A stretch of 64,000 nucleotides of DNA from NCBI RefSeq assembly GCF_000150275.1, contig NW_002060945.1, forward strand, positions 9,254,011 to 9,318,010, given 5' to 3'. Below, in pieces: positions 12,293 through 26,300 of the stretch. A program made the position numbers and the translations under genes. The notes under the pieces were generated by a model, which saw only the letters and a program-made list of their open reading frames with translations, did not search any database and was not told the DNA's origin. Each line of letters starts with the position of its first letter. The stretch's first letter is position 1. The DNA comes from Trichoplax adhaerens. Its lineage: Eukaryota; Animalia; Placozoa.

Positions 12293-15200
12293 ATGTCATC
12301 GCTGCTCTCCAAGTTTGATGAAATTACTCGAATATCGGCCATCCTAGCCGAAGGCAACGAAGAAGGTAAGAGGATCGACATTATCATCAACATCGATACC
12401 AACTTAGCCAACCATGATGGGATATCATCATGCCAATTTGTGACTCAATCAATTGGTTCTACACATCAATCCAATGTTATTATTCTTGCTAGTTTACGCG
12501 TAATTATGACAATTTATTGAAATTATCAAAATACAAAAATGGAAGTGGATAATAGCTTGATACACTGTTATAACAAGCATCAGACTCCAATAGCAATCAG
12601 TTGATATTATCCTTGCCACCATCCATCCATCTATATGGGGGATCCCATGAAAATATTCAACTTCAATTCCATCCTAACCAATGAATATCATTATTCTTGG
12701 ATAGATTTCTATAATTTTGCTAAAAATCAAGAAGAATGTCGCGTACGATGGTTAAAAGCCGAAGGAGAAGTTGAAAATTTACAACAAGCCTATAAAATGG
12801 TCAAGGTAAATACTGACTAATCTTGATAGTAGTTCACAACGATATTAATAAACTATCCAACGTGCTAGACAAATACTATAACGATGGCAAAGACTTTATA
12901 ACTAAAAAAGAAAAAAATACTGTAGCTTATCAGTACATCACTACTGTATTTTCCAGCATCAATCAAAAATTATATCGATATCGACTTTCTCCAATAATGC
13001 ATTTTACCTCATGAGATAGTAAAATAGTTTTAATCGTAAAATAGATAGAGCCTACTCCAGATTTGATGGATAATGGTGTCATACAAAGACACAATAGTAA
13101 TGGATAATATCTTCAGTACTATGATACTCTTATTAACGAGTAGAAACATTTTAATCATAATGATCTACGAAAATTCAAACATTACTTTACAAATGTACTA
13201 TACTCTACATTAGAATTAGATGAATTTCCAATGTAAGTACTGTCTAGCATAGTTCAATCTTAAAAATTGTATAATTATTTTCATTTTATCCTACACTTGC
13301 CGTATACTTACAATCTTCATGCCTAATATCAACGATTCTACTTTTATTCATTCTTATATCTCCAATCATTTCCTTGCGACTGAAACTAATAGTCTGACCG
13401 AGAGACTTACGATATAAAGCTCAAGCACATCAGGTATACACACCTATATCCAAAATTAAACCTCCATAGACTACAATTTCTAAGCAATGACTCAATAAAA
13501 TGCGCTGTTAGCGTCTACTTTTTAATGCTGTAAACCCAACCATAGTAATAACCATTGCATATCTTGAACCTGAATTACTTTGAATATATCAGTATTAAAT
13601 AGTACGATAGACGACTCTAACAATCAATTTCATTATGCTGCCAATTTGCCTCAACTCATAACACTTTTTCATTTGTGCTATTTTTCTACTTTGAATAAAA
13701 TACAATAGTAAAATGATATAAATTTGAATCAATTTTAACTCCATTTCTAGAAATCAGCTACAAATTGAAATGGATAGAAGAAAAGAAGCAGAGGAAGAAA
13801 TTAGAAATTGGGTAAGAACCTACGCTTTGAAATTGCACCATGCAGTAGGGCGATTTTCTTCCATCGACACATAGGAACATGAATTACGACATAATTCATT
13901 TGAATAACTAACGTTGATCAGTGAAAAAGATGTCCAACCATTTGCTTCGTGACTTCATTGACATAGAACAATCATAAGACATATCACTAGTTAGAAAAAT
14001 TTTCACACTGATGTTTACACGAACAGGAGATGCAGATGACCCTTATAAGAGAAATATTATGCGATCCTAAATGTACTGGCTTATTATCAGAAGAAGATCG
14101 TAGAAAAATACAAAGTCTAGGATCATCTCAACAACGTCCCAGTCCAAGGTTCTATTAAACTTAGCTTTTAAAATAGTCATAACATATGCTACAATAGAAG
14201 GAGTATTAGTCAACTGCGTATTATGACTAATTTTGGACGCTTATTCTTCTAAAAAATATAGACAAAGTGTCTCTTTCACCTCAGTCCTATCCCCTTCTGA
14301 CATTAGCTTCGATAATACTATCGACGATTTGGTAACCTTTGTCTTAATATCAAATGATGATAGTTCTATTTAGCCAATACTATTATACTAAATAACGCAA
14401 ACCTTCAAACTGGTTTAGGAGGCATATTCACGAAGAAGTAACAAATTCAATAAAAGAGTAAGTAAAGATTTTTATCAATCTTCCAGTACAAAATTGAAAT
14501 CGCTCAATCTAATCTAAATTTATTCCTCTATTTACAGAAAGCCCCATCTGCACCACCAGAGCCGTTAGTAGAGGTAGTCATACAATTCTTTACCTTATTC
14601 ATTCTCTAGAACAACAGTGATATTGCTGATTTTGCTTAAATCTAGGAACCTCCACTTAAGAAATCTTGTAGTCCAGTCCATGAAATTCAAGTAATACAAC
14701 CTCTTACTTTCAATGCGTCTACATTAGTATATTGATAAAAATTTAAAATTTTTTGGACCTACTTATCAGAGTGAATCCACAAGTGCTGAATCCGATGCAT
14801 TTCCTAAAGTTTCCCCCAAACCAATGCCTCGTAATCTTTCGCGACCGCCCTCTCACTGTACGTAGTAATTTCGAGCTCTACAGTCTGTACAGAATTAAAC
14901 TGTTCTTATACTGATGTTTCCAACTATGCATATTGTAGCCCAAGCTCGTCCACCGGTAGATTCCTTTTTTGGGACATCTATACCAGGAGACTCTCCTGAT
15001 GTTAAGCGGAGACTAGAACGTAATCCAACTAATGGATCGGTTACTTCAATTCAAAGCTTGGGGTATGTCTTTACGAATGTTTTTATTATAACAACTATCA
15101 TGCCTACGCATCAAAGTACGTCATCACAAGTTGTAGTGCTATTGCATCTAAACGTGTATTTCACCAGTAATTGTTATCTTTTCCATTTCTAGAACTCCAA

Positions 15201-17223
15201 CTTCGTCGAGACTAAATAGGGTATAATCAGTCGACGATATATGCATATTGATTTTGCGTATAAATCTGATATTGAGAGTTATGTCGCTACTGTATTACTT
15301 TTAGATCCATACATTCTGTAGTAAAACAATTTACAAGCCTGAAAACTGCACAGTGGTAAGTTTATGTTTATGCTGAGATGAAATGCTAAAGTAACTTCTG
15401 CTTCCCAATAAGCAAAGTGCTATTTACTAACATCTAATGTTACATAATTAGTGCTCTAAAAGGATAAAATTTGGAAAAGTTGTCTTTAAATGTAAAGACT
15501 GCAAAGCAATAGCCCATCCCGATTGTAAAGATAGTGTCCCACTGCCTTGCGTTCCAGTTGCAAACACGCCACAAAGATCAAATAGTAAAAAAGTAAAAAT
15601 GGTAATAACTCAACTTTAGCCGCCCTTTTATGGCTGATATAGTCTAAAATAAAATTGAATCCCTATTATTTAGCTGTTAACAAGTTCCATATGTAACTCT
15701 CGATCTATCATTATTTTCGCCTGATCACTAGGAGGGTTTAATTGCAGATTTTACTCCGAGTAGCGCTCCTATGATTCCTGCCATAGTGGTTGGTTATAAC
15801 CCATACTACATATCTTACCTATAGGCTTTAATACCAATACAATTGATCTATTCATATTATTATTATATGCTACCGACATTGTAGATTCATTGTATACAAG
15901 AAGTTGAACGACGTGGCCTGACCGAAGTGGGCATTTATCGAGTTCCAGGTGTTGAAAAAGCGGTCAAAGAGTTGAAGGAGAAATTTCTTCGAGGAAGAGG
16001 AGCTCCTTGCTTGGTTAGTCAAAGCATACAAGAGTAAAAGTTGTTTATTGTATATAACTATACCCTATAAAGTATACGATCAAGTTACACTTCATTCTTT
16101 TTAGGCTATCCTGATAAACATTCATCTAACAAATAATAATAACATTATTATTTTCTCAACTTTGATAAAATTAGACAAATATCCAGGACATCCATATCGT
16201 TTGTTGCGTCTTAAAAGACTTTCTCAGAAACTTGAAGGAACCTATAATTACGTTTAAACTTCATCCGGAATTTATAAAAGCTGCTGGTAAGGTCTCAACA
16301 ATACTTATTCTTTTGTTGCAATAGTTAACATACGTTTTCTTATTTTCTCTAGAAATGAGCGATCCTGATCAGAATGTCCGTGCAACGTATGCAACAATTA
16401 AAAAACTTCCTCAGCCAAACCGCGACACTCTCGCTTTAGTAATGTTACACTTACAAAGGTATTAAAATAGTATAATTTATGGTCACTATGAAATCGATTC
16501 ATATCTAAGTTTTATCATGACAAAATTTTGTAAATGTCAAGCGATAACTTATGGTAAATTATATAAATATGTAATATTTATGACATAGAGTTGCAGCTAC
16601 ACCTGAATGTAAAATGGGTACTAATAATCTAGCGCGAGTATTTGGCCCAACATTAATTGGCCACGGATCTTCTAATCCAGATCCGGTTGATATGCTTCAG
16701 GATACAAGAAATCAACCGAAGGTAACGTTTTATAATTAGATGCAAGCAATCTTACTCCCTTTTGGTACTTTATTGTAATTAGTATAACTTTTTTTTCTGT
16801 AGGTAATTGAAAGCTTGATGTCTTTGCCAAGTGAGTTTTGGAATCAGTATGTTGATATCGACGGAACTGAAAATGGCACAAGTAACACCAATACTGAACG
16901 GAATAAGACACCTCTTTCTGAGGCCAATGCACCAAAATCGAGGAGCACTACGCCAAGGACCCCACAATCCAAAGAAGGTACCATTAGAATAATTGTCTAC
17001 ATGGCTACAATATAATACTCGCTTGATTTCAATCACATTAACTTTATTCTATCCTATTTTAACAGCACCAGCCAGTATTTTAGGACCTGCTCATTTTACT
17101 CCCGGTCGCTCTACTGGCACTAAGAGCAAGGAAAATGTGAAGACAACACCACGCTTCGGTAGTAAAAGTAAAAGAGCCAACAAACGACCTGATGCTTTTT
17201 TCGCTTCTCCTTTCTTAAAGTGA
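12293..17223 (+). CDS. RACGAP1: Rac GTPase-activating protein 1 (MgcRacGAP/CYK-4), multi-exon
   Basis: N-terminal coiled coil; C1 domain ([42 protein letters not shown], about 15308-15550); RhoGAP domain ([45 protein letters not shown]); C-terminal FFASPFLK typical of RacGAP1. Confidence 0.93.
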
Positions 17224-18327
17224 TGAGATTACTACACAAAATGACTGTTTATAGTATAATATAGATGTCCATGAAAAGATATTTTAGGTTGATATTAAAT
17301 CAACATTTTGTTAGAAAGTAGAAATTATTTATATCCAGTATAAATATAAAAATTCATATTTATTATTAAGATTAATTAGAACTCTCATATTACGCTAAGA
17401 AATTTTTTGTATAGTTTCTTATATTTACCGAAACCAGCTACTATAGTACATTAACAAGCGGTTTCAACTATAGTAGATGGTTGTATTAATCCCTAGTTTT
17501 AATATCAATGCTAACTGGGATTATCCTCGTACAAATAAAATAAATAACTCTGTAATGTGCACTACCTTAATATACGTTCTCATATATTTACTTTTATTAA
17601 AGTAGGCTAAACCCGTGAGAATATCCGCTATCGTGTAGGTTTTCTCTCACGGTCCAATAGTAATTAGTAAATCTATTGGTCTTGGTGTTATGATTACTTA
17701 GTTATTACGTCACCAAAAATAATAATGCATTAACTCTAAATTTATGTCATGTAAATATATCACTAAATTGTACTGTAAAGGTTTTCGTTTAGCCTACAGT
17801 CAATAAAAATCTTTATTAATTGATTTACAATCAAAATGGGGAAATAATTTATTATTACTATTAGATTGACAATTATTCCAGATTTTATATATTGCGTATG
17901 CTAGCACCAGCTCTACGATCAATGCTAAATCATTCACCGCATTAATGCTTGCTTAGCATAATCACATAACATCATACCTTGTTTGCCGCAGTCACAAGAC
18001 TATAACCTTTCTTGTAGTACAAATTTGTATTTCTGAAATAATTCGAATTTAGGAACATACAGTAACAGTTATTGTCTCGTAATTTTTGGTGATAAAATTC
18101 TTTGTATTTAAAAATCTACAAGTACGCTAGAGGAAGTAGCTGTTTGATATTGCGCGTATTCGAATGATTTTATTGCATTATCGCTTGATATGATCTTTAT
18201 ACAAAGCATCTACGAGTTAACCAAGTAAAACCGCATATTTTCTATTTCTACAAAATTTTTAATCCTGGTAGATCCATTTACTGAGTTAATTACAAGGCCA
18301 TAAACACATTCCCCATTCATACATTCT

Positions 18328-19669
18328 CTACAAAGTGGTTGTTACTTCGCCCGATCGGATGGCATCGTAATATTTATCAATGGCCTTTTGCATTTCAGAT
18401 TTCTGTAATGCTTTCAGGAAGACATCTAATGTACCTGATTTTCCCTTACTGCAAGACCAGGTCAAAAAAAGTTTATAATACTGATTATAACTGCCACGCT
18501 CATCGTGACTAATATCGTCAGTATCTTGCTCCTTTAGCTTAAGTTTATTTGCCACTTTCTTAAAATCGTTTCTCTGAAGCCGAGAAGCGAAAAAATCGAA
18601 TGTTTGACGTAGGTTATCTCCTGGAAAAAAAATATGATATAAGTTTATGTAAACGGTAATTTAACGATTTATATAAGCATATGCAGTATTAACTGGATAA
18701 TTAAGTATATTACCATTGCGAACAATTAGAAAAATCAAGAGTGTAATTATATTTATCTTTGGATTGATACGCTTATTACTGTACAAGCAGAAATTACTCA
18801 GGTATAGCTTAAGCGCTCACGTAGTTTGCTAGTTAATTGAGAATGAGTGTATAAATATAGCCATGTCCTCTACTGTACTGTACAATCTTTTGGATGAAAT
18901 AGTAAAAGCATAAAATGGAGTACCTTGCATGCTAGGGTAATACAGTATAGTATAAATTTCTGAACCTTGTATTGACAGAGCTTTCCTATAATCATATCTA
19001 TTAGTCAAATGTTTCACTCGTGATATTTTACGTACTTGTATACCAAATATAACACATGTATCTCAGCACATAATGCATGCTATGTATATTATAATTCTGC
19101 ATATACATGAATGTATAGTAACTGCTTCCATAAATTAATCCTAAATCGCCTGCCTACTATCCATAACTGCATACTGCAATAGGTAACTATATATGTTTTT
19201 TTTAATATAGAAATATATACGTATATCAATGGGATGAATTAAATTATACTGCATTTTTACCCCATCTAGCGAGATCTTGCTCAGATAAGGCATTATTACT
19301 TAAATCTGTATCCTTGTTTTCATCTGGTCTGGCTGTATTTTTATCGACATTGATATCTTTCTTTATCTCTTCCCCAATATGTCGACAATTACATGAAGGT
19401 TGAGTAATGATTTTTAAAAAGACGTGGAATTGATTAACCGTTTTACTGAAAAGTAAATTTAACAGTTTGAAATTGGCATCAGAATCGATCTGCAATTGCG
19501 ACAAATTATTAGTAATATTTCGCAATTCCTCCAGAGATAAAACACCTTCGTTGAATAATTCCGAAGCAACTTGCTTAGTTTGTAAATTATCTTTTAGTGA
19601 TGTGAAATTTTTCCTTAAAGCCTCAAATTCCTTTTGATCATCTTTTAAAGGAGATTCACCATCGGCCAT
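18328..19669 (-). CDS. CARD + death domain adaptor protein (RAIDD/CRADD-like architecture)
   Basis: Exon 1 (19669-19261) is CARD-like: LRKNFTSLKDNL..VASELFNEGVLSLEEL..LLNLL..FHVFLKII. A phase-1 GT-AG intron follows. Exon 2 (18620-18328) is DD-like: DFKKVANKLKL...YKLFLTW..KGKSGTLDVFLKAL. Confidence 0.78.
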
Positions 19670-20831
19670 GATGATTGCTAACGTGGCATGCGAATAGAAA
19701 GTTCTAGAGCAAGAGTGCTACTACGCGTCTAAACGCTATGACTTTGTATAGCTAGGACACTGCCTGGTCGATCTCCGACCACCCAACACGTTGCCATGCA
19801 ACGTTAGAGCTTGCTTGTGAACAGTAGTGCGTTTAAGGCGTACGATTCTAGTCTGCCGGCACAGTAAAATGGCCAGCAATCATAGTCAGCCATAGAATTA
19901 TCGAATCTGTCTTTTCTTTTTATTTTAGTAGTTCTTGCTTTTAGTAGTCCCTGGTCACTAATACTCATATTTAGAGATTTTTACAAGAAAATGATACAGT
20001 ACGATGCAACTGTATAGCACAGTGAGGCAGCTGGATTGCGGTTACTTTCGGTACTGTGCAAAGATATTGGCTCCAGCCCTCTAAGCGCAATATCGTTTTT
20101 AAGAACGATTTGTATATATATACAACAGGTAAAATGAGGTCTGTTTCCATCCCTAGTGCAGCCTACTGACTGGCTAGCAAAAAAGAAGCAGGGTCGACAA
20201 ATAGAATCCTGTCTCGCACTCTCGTTGCACTGCAGGGGTGCAGGTCTACCACCACCTTACTAGTGCATTGCACGAGCAATAGGCAATTCTGAAGATCGAT
20301 CCATCTTCCCTGTCTGTGTACACCCCATTTGCAATCAAAAATATAAAAAAAAAAAAACCTTCCTATCTTCCATCCCTTCCGATATTTTCTGTAGCAAACA
20401 TCAATATCCATTCTGTTCAGTTCGAGCTGTACTACAATTATTTTCGATAGCCTTAAGAGATTGCTAGTCCCCCAAAAGAGGTGTGGCTTTTAGCGAGTCG
20501 TCAAGATTGAAACTATGCGCAGTCTCATAGCCCCTTTTCCTAATTCGAAAATCGACAAGTTGTCGCCCCCCTTTAACATCTTCTCCCACCTTTGCAAGCC
20601 TACCATCCCTGTTTTTCTTCACCAATTTGGCTGCTTCAACTTGTTTTACTCAAGCCGACAAGTAAGCTGTAGGTAAGTGTAGAAAAATGCTGCTTGTAAT
20701 GGTTATTGATTGTGTAGAGAGTACTTGAAAGTTGATCAGTAAAGAGTAAGTACGCTTGTATCTTACGTCTTGTGATTAATTGCAGGCAGCTTTGAATTAA
20801 TTGATCACACGGAGAATTGCAACTATCTGAA

Positions 20832-21674
20832 ATGGCTGAAGAAAGACAATCTACCGAGTCGAAAGCACTACAATGGAACGCCAATGATGAAACGTTAACT
20901 GCATTCTTAGATCGATTGCAAGTAGAATTAGATGATCGAGAAATTATCGATAATCAACAGTGTGTCTCCTGTTTAATTCGAGCACTTCCACCTCTGATAC
21001 GAAATGGACTGAAAGCCATGTCCAATGATCAAGACGTAACACAGCAAGATTACCAACAAGTTGTTGAAGAAATCAAGCAGCAATGCCTACCTCAAGCGCA
21101 ACCCTCTAAAACGGTGTGGTGGCATCGAGCACAACTCTATCAACGAAAGCAAAGATCCAAAGAATCGATTGAACAATATAAAAATGTGCTATTAACGCTT
21201 GCCAAACACTGCCAGCTCCATTATCATCAAGATATGATGTTGACCATGGTATTTATAGCTGGCTTAAGAGAAAGATCCATTCGACGTCGTCTTCTCGATT
21301 ACCAACAAGAACTCAACTTTATCAAAGTAGTCGATTATGCTTTAGAAATTAAAGCAGAAAAATCAGCCGTGGAGACTACACAAGATAATACGCGTATCAA
21401 TCATGACAGTGATCATCATGATGACCATGCTGAAGTCGATGATAACAGTAAAAATCCAAGAAGAAATCGAAGGAGAGAAAAAAGACCACAGCAAGCGCGA
21501 AATACCTATCATGAATCCAAAAAGTCTTGCTATCGTTGTGGAAGTTTCGCTCATCTAGCTGCAAGTTGTACCTATAGAAGACTATATTGCGACTGGTGTG
21601 GAAAGAAAGGCCATATAGTTCGTGAATGTTATGAAAAAATGGACTATGATGACGATTATAACTATTATGATTAA
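20832..21674 (+). CDS. Stand-alone Ty3/Gypsy (Mag-like) Gag protein, 280 aa, with two CCHC zinc knuckles; probable domesticated gene
   Basis: Uninterrupted ORF. Capsid major-homology-like segment LYQRKQRSKESIEQY...LAKHC...FIAGLRERSIRRRLL. Knuckles CYRCGSFAHLAASC and CDWCGKKGHIVREC. No protease, RT or integrase follows, and I see no LTR pair. Confidence 0.85.
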   Translation: MAEERQSTESKALQWNANDETLTAFLDRLQVELDDREIIDNQQCVSCLIRALPPLIRNGLKAMSNDQDVTQQDYQQVVEEIKQQCLPQAQPSKTVWWHRAQLYQRKQRSKESIEQYKNVLLTLAKHCQLHYHQDMMLTMVFIAGLRERSIRRRLLDYQQELNFIKVVDYALEIKAEKSAVETTQDNTRINHDSDHHDDHAEVDDNSKNPRRNRRREKRPQQARNTYHESKKSCYRCGSFAHLAASCTYRRLYCDWCGKKGHIVRECYEKMDYDDDYNYYD

Positions 21675-23384
21675 AAATAATAATAGGAACCGATCGATAG
21701 TCACTCCAATAGAGTTATCCTAGTAATGATAAACATATTAACCAACATGACTTAGCCTCGGTTATAACAGTATTTAGGAAACGGATATATCTGCTTCTAT
21801 TTATTGTAACCCATTAATATGCAACTTATCCTATCTTTACTATTTTCAATTAATCAATCGCAAATTGCACTACATCGTTATAGATATAGTCCATTTGTAA
21901 TTGAAAAATTATGTTGAAATTGTTCTCTTATTGATGTTATTCGTATCATGGCTTTCCAGTCGCGAGCCATAGGTATTTCTACCTTATTTATTCTCAACAT
22001 CCAATTTGTTACTGTCAGGCCTTTATTATCAAAATCAACTAGTATAGAAGCTAATTCTTATGTTAGTTGTGTTGTACCATGTTGATGACAAAGAATATGT
22101 CTACCACTTCATGTGCAATGTACTGTATATTTTGTATAATCTTCGTGGATTAAATGATATTTAAGTAATAAAAACTTGTATGTCAACTCTTCGTCTATAA
22201 CACAGTTATAATCCTTATGTTGTCTCTTATTTCATGTTTAAGCAATGTGGCTGTTGACTATCTTTTCCATGTCCACTACATGAAAATCCTGTCCTTTTCG
22301 ATAACGCTACCTTGTTAGTTAATCCTTCCCTTTATCATCGATAGCAGATAAATTTACCTTACCAATGACTACACGATATTTTGTAAGTATCTCATCGAAA
22401 AACATCCAGGTACCTTGAATAACAAATTTTTATTTGATCAGTAGCTACTTTTGCATGTCGAAGTAAAGAGTTGCTATAGTATACTTTAGCATTGAACTAC
22501 TGGCTATCAAGCAATGTAGCTATTAACTACTTTCTCCTTTGCCTACTGCGTTGAATCCTTTTCTTTCCATGCTTCTATTCTTTATTGGATAATCCTATTC
22601 TCCTTACGATCTATAAATACGTATATCAGACAACTACCTCCTGAGAATTAAATAGGATGTCTACAAATGATGTGGACGGTATTTTGCAAGCATCTCATCG
22701 ATATACATCTTGATACTTTTACGATAGCAAACTTTATATTTATCAAAGTATAAAATCCACTTGTACACCATAATGTGCGAAGCGAGAGTTTCCACAGTGT
22801 ATCTTAATGCAGAAGTACACAATGACGATGATTTACAGGAATTATCGTATGTAGAATAATTCATACTTTCATGACAAGAAGATAATTTGGACAGACTAAT
22901 GTGATAATTAATCTATACTACGTATATTCCATGATACTTTTTTAATACAGAAAATAGTTGTTCAGTTTACTGTAGTACCGATACTTTAAACCCATCTATT
23001 TACTGTTAGTCCTTTACTGCATTCTTAAACATTAATCATATTTGATATATATAGGTTATATATCAAACATACGAGTACCTGGTAAATCGATAATGACTAA
23101 TAAGTGTGGTAGTAGCGTTAGCATAATGGATTAGTTACCAGAGTCAATAAAACAGATCAAAGCAATACGCTGCCAAATTAAAAAAGACTATCTTGCCTAC
23201 TTACTATACAACTGTAAGCTATACAATGCAAGCAATAATTCTTGGCTATAAACTAGTAAAGTAAGAAAGGCAATAAAAAGTATTAAGCTATTTCCACTAA
23301 AATTGTATCAAATACCGTACCGGATAAAAATTATAATGACGGATCACGAGTATGATGGAATTCATTCCGTAAGGACGTCAGTTG

Positions 23385-26300
23385 TCATAATATAGAACAG
23401 CAACAGCAATATTTTTGTAATATAGTTTCTTTCCTTGATGGGAATAAAGGTGCTTCTTCCCCTATGTATTATAAAAAAAAATATAATTGATAATTAATAT
23501 AACTTCATAGGGCAAGGATAATATAAACTACCCATTCAATTAGTTGCTACAGCAATAAACAATTAATCATTGATTTATGTATGAATCTATAAATAGATAG
23601 CATAATGATATCTGACAAAATTTTTACATGTACGCGTATATTAACACTAATTATGTTCTAGGATTTAATTTACCATTCTAGTTATATGAATAGAATCACA
23701 TATCAATACCTGATATTAAGTCTGAGGAATTTGGAAGCTGAATTTGAGCTGTTTGTAACGGCAGTCGAGACTTATTCTTATTTGTATCTACATGTAACAA
23801 ATTGAAAGACATAATTAGTATTATTAGAATTGCTAACGGCTACTGCATAACTTATAACTTTATAAAGCACACCAAGAGGCAGCGCATAGATAGAGTTTTG
23901 CGTTTGAATAAATAATCAGGACTAACATAAAAATTTAAGTGATGGAATTGAACAAAGTATTTTATGTTAGAACTACTACATGATATGTAACTCCATAGAT
24001 CTTATCAAAAGTAAGTTCAAAAGTAGAATTTTGAGATTGAACAAGATCATCAGGACTACTAGCTGTGGTAGTATATTTTACCTGACTTCATAACTATCAA
24101 GTTACGGATTATACATTTATATAGAAAAAATCAGCATAAAAATCCAAATGATGATGGTGTTGGTGAAGATGGTTTACAACTATCAGCGCTAATAGCACTC
24201 TATAAAAGCCATTTGTATCATTATTGTGAAATGCCTAAGGAGTCTACGTCTGTAGACTCTTCGAACCCTCCATCACACTATTAAAACACTAAATTTCTAG
24301 CTCATCGTACCAGTTATAAAACCAGAATTAAATTCTTCACCTAATTGCGCGCCATCGAAATTATCATCTACGTGAGGAATAATTATAATTAATTCATTAT
24401 TGGAGATGTAAACACCAATTTACGATTAGGAATAGAAATTATTTGCCAGCACTATATAATTAGTAATTTCTATTGCCTGGTAATCGCATCACTTCAAGTT
24501 TATCCTAGTTAAGTAATTCAGACAGCAATTTAGTTACCGTACCATGATTATTAATTGATAGATCCCGTTGTTTAAGATTATTTATTTCTTCCATCCGTTG
24601 AGATAGATCATAAGCCATAGATCGCTTATCTTGTAGTAATCTGTTATTTTCAGCTACAATTATTTAGAGGAAGGAATATACTATAACAATTAACTTTACT
24701 TTTCGTTACTGGGAAATTTTAATAGAATTGTTCCAGATTATGATATAATTGATATATTTCATTGTTGATTCTTGTAGAGTCTTATTTAATCATCATACCT
24801 TGTAGGATTTCAATTTTGTTATTTAATTGCAAAACTATAGTAGAATTGGACGAATCTTCTTTATCAGATTTGTTACTGGTTTCGAATTTTTTAATAAACG
24901 CACTAACTGCCGGTTTTTCTTCTGCTGTTTCTGCAATAAAATTGATCGGTACGATTTGAAATAGATCTATTTCGTAATAAGCCTATGACGAGAAAATGTG
25001 TCGCCTTTTAGTCAATAAACAATTCCTATAGCAACCTGATGACTTGCTTGTAGACATAGATGGCTTTCCATCCTCGCTATGTGAAGCATTACTATCTGTA
25101 CGCTTTCTTGTCTCATCCTTCTTGTCTTTCGCTTCAGTAATTACATTCATATCCGCTAATTATGGTGAGAAAATTATAAAAATTAGTTGATATACATTAG
25201 CTTTACATCGCAATAGTCTAAATCTATACAGTATCCAACTCAGTAATTTAAACTAACACATTAAGTTTTGAACTCTTTCTTGTAAGAGCAAAATCTTTTG
25301 ATGTTTGGCCGTTGATTTTTTTGCAGGCGATCCCAACTCAATTGTTCCGCTTGTTAAATCATCTATATATATAAATAAATTAATGTTGGTCATAACTGGT
25401 TATCCTTAGTATTTCAATTTTAAATTAAAGAGACTATCACGATGGAAATTAATCGCTTGCAATAATAGATAGGAATAGCTTATGCCTAAGTTCCCGGAAA
25501 TTTACTAAATTCGGCATTTTACAATATGATAAAAACCTTTGTAGATTATACAATACACTTCATGACCGCATACCTAATAATTGCCATAACTTGAATACTA
25601 GCCGTTTTATTTCTTCTTCTCGATCTAACATAATCTTTTGCGAAATTCTTTTCTCTTGATATAGTCCTTTCTGTTCCACTAAAGTAGCAAAGATAGATTA
25701 CTATACTGATACATTGATGGGTAAAATAAATGAAAGCCTAAGTTGTATTAAGACAGTTTAAGCAACGATTAGGATAAATGCGATGGAATTTCTTTAGGCG
25801 TAAGTAATATAAATCAAAGTGATGCCTTATTTTGCATTAATTCAATCGAAAATCAAGCTCCAATTTATCACACATAGTAACTTGGCCACTTTGCTTTCAT
25901 GTAGTTTTAACTCATTTTCTTTCTTTTCTAATTGTTCCTCCAACTGTTTCTTTTCCGAATAAATGGCATCCTTGTCAGCTAGAGATTTTATAGTCAATAC
26001 AGGCACGATAAAAATGTTGAATGGAATTTCCATAAATAGACTATATTAAATGCCAAAGTAGCTTAAATAATAAGCATTAGCTCTTGAGTTATTACAAATA
26101 TTAACACAAATAATATAAAGTAGTGCTATGAAACAAGAGTAAACATTTTTGATTACTCATAGCTTAAAATATGAATTTATTAATTCATTTAAGAATTGAA
26201 AATATGAATTACTGATATCACTATATCGTATGTAGTCAATTACAGCTATTATAGCACTTAAACAGGGGCAAATATTTTTAATTACGAATATTTTGAAATA

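Noticed and set aside
19700-23300. Full LTR retrotransposon around the gag ORF
   Set aside because: By eye there are no direct terminal repeats, primer-binding site, polypurine tract or pol frame.
23960-24205. Possible extra exons of the coiled-coil gene
   Set aside because: Acceptor-like sites exist, but no phase-compatible donor was found.
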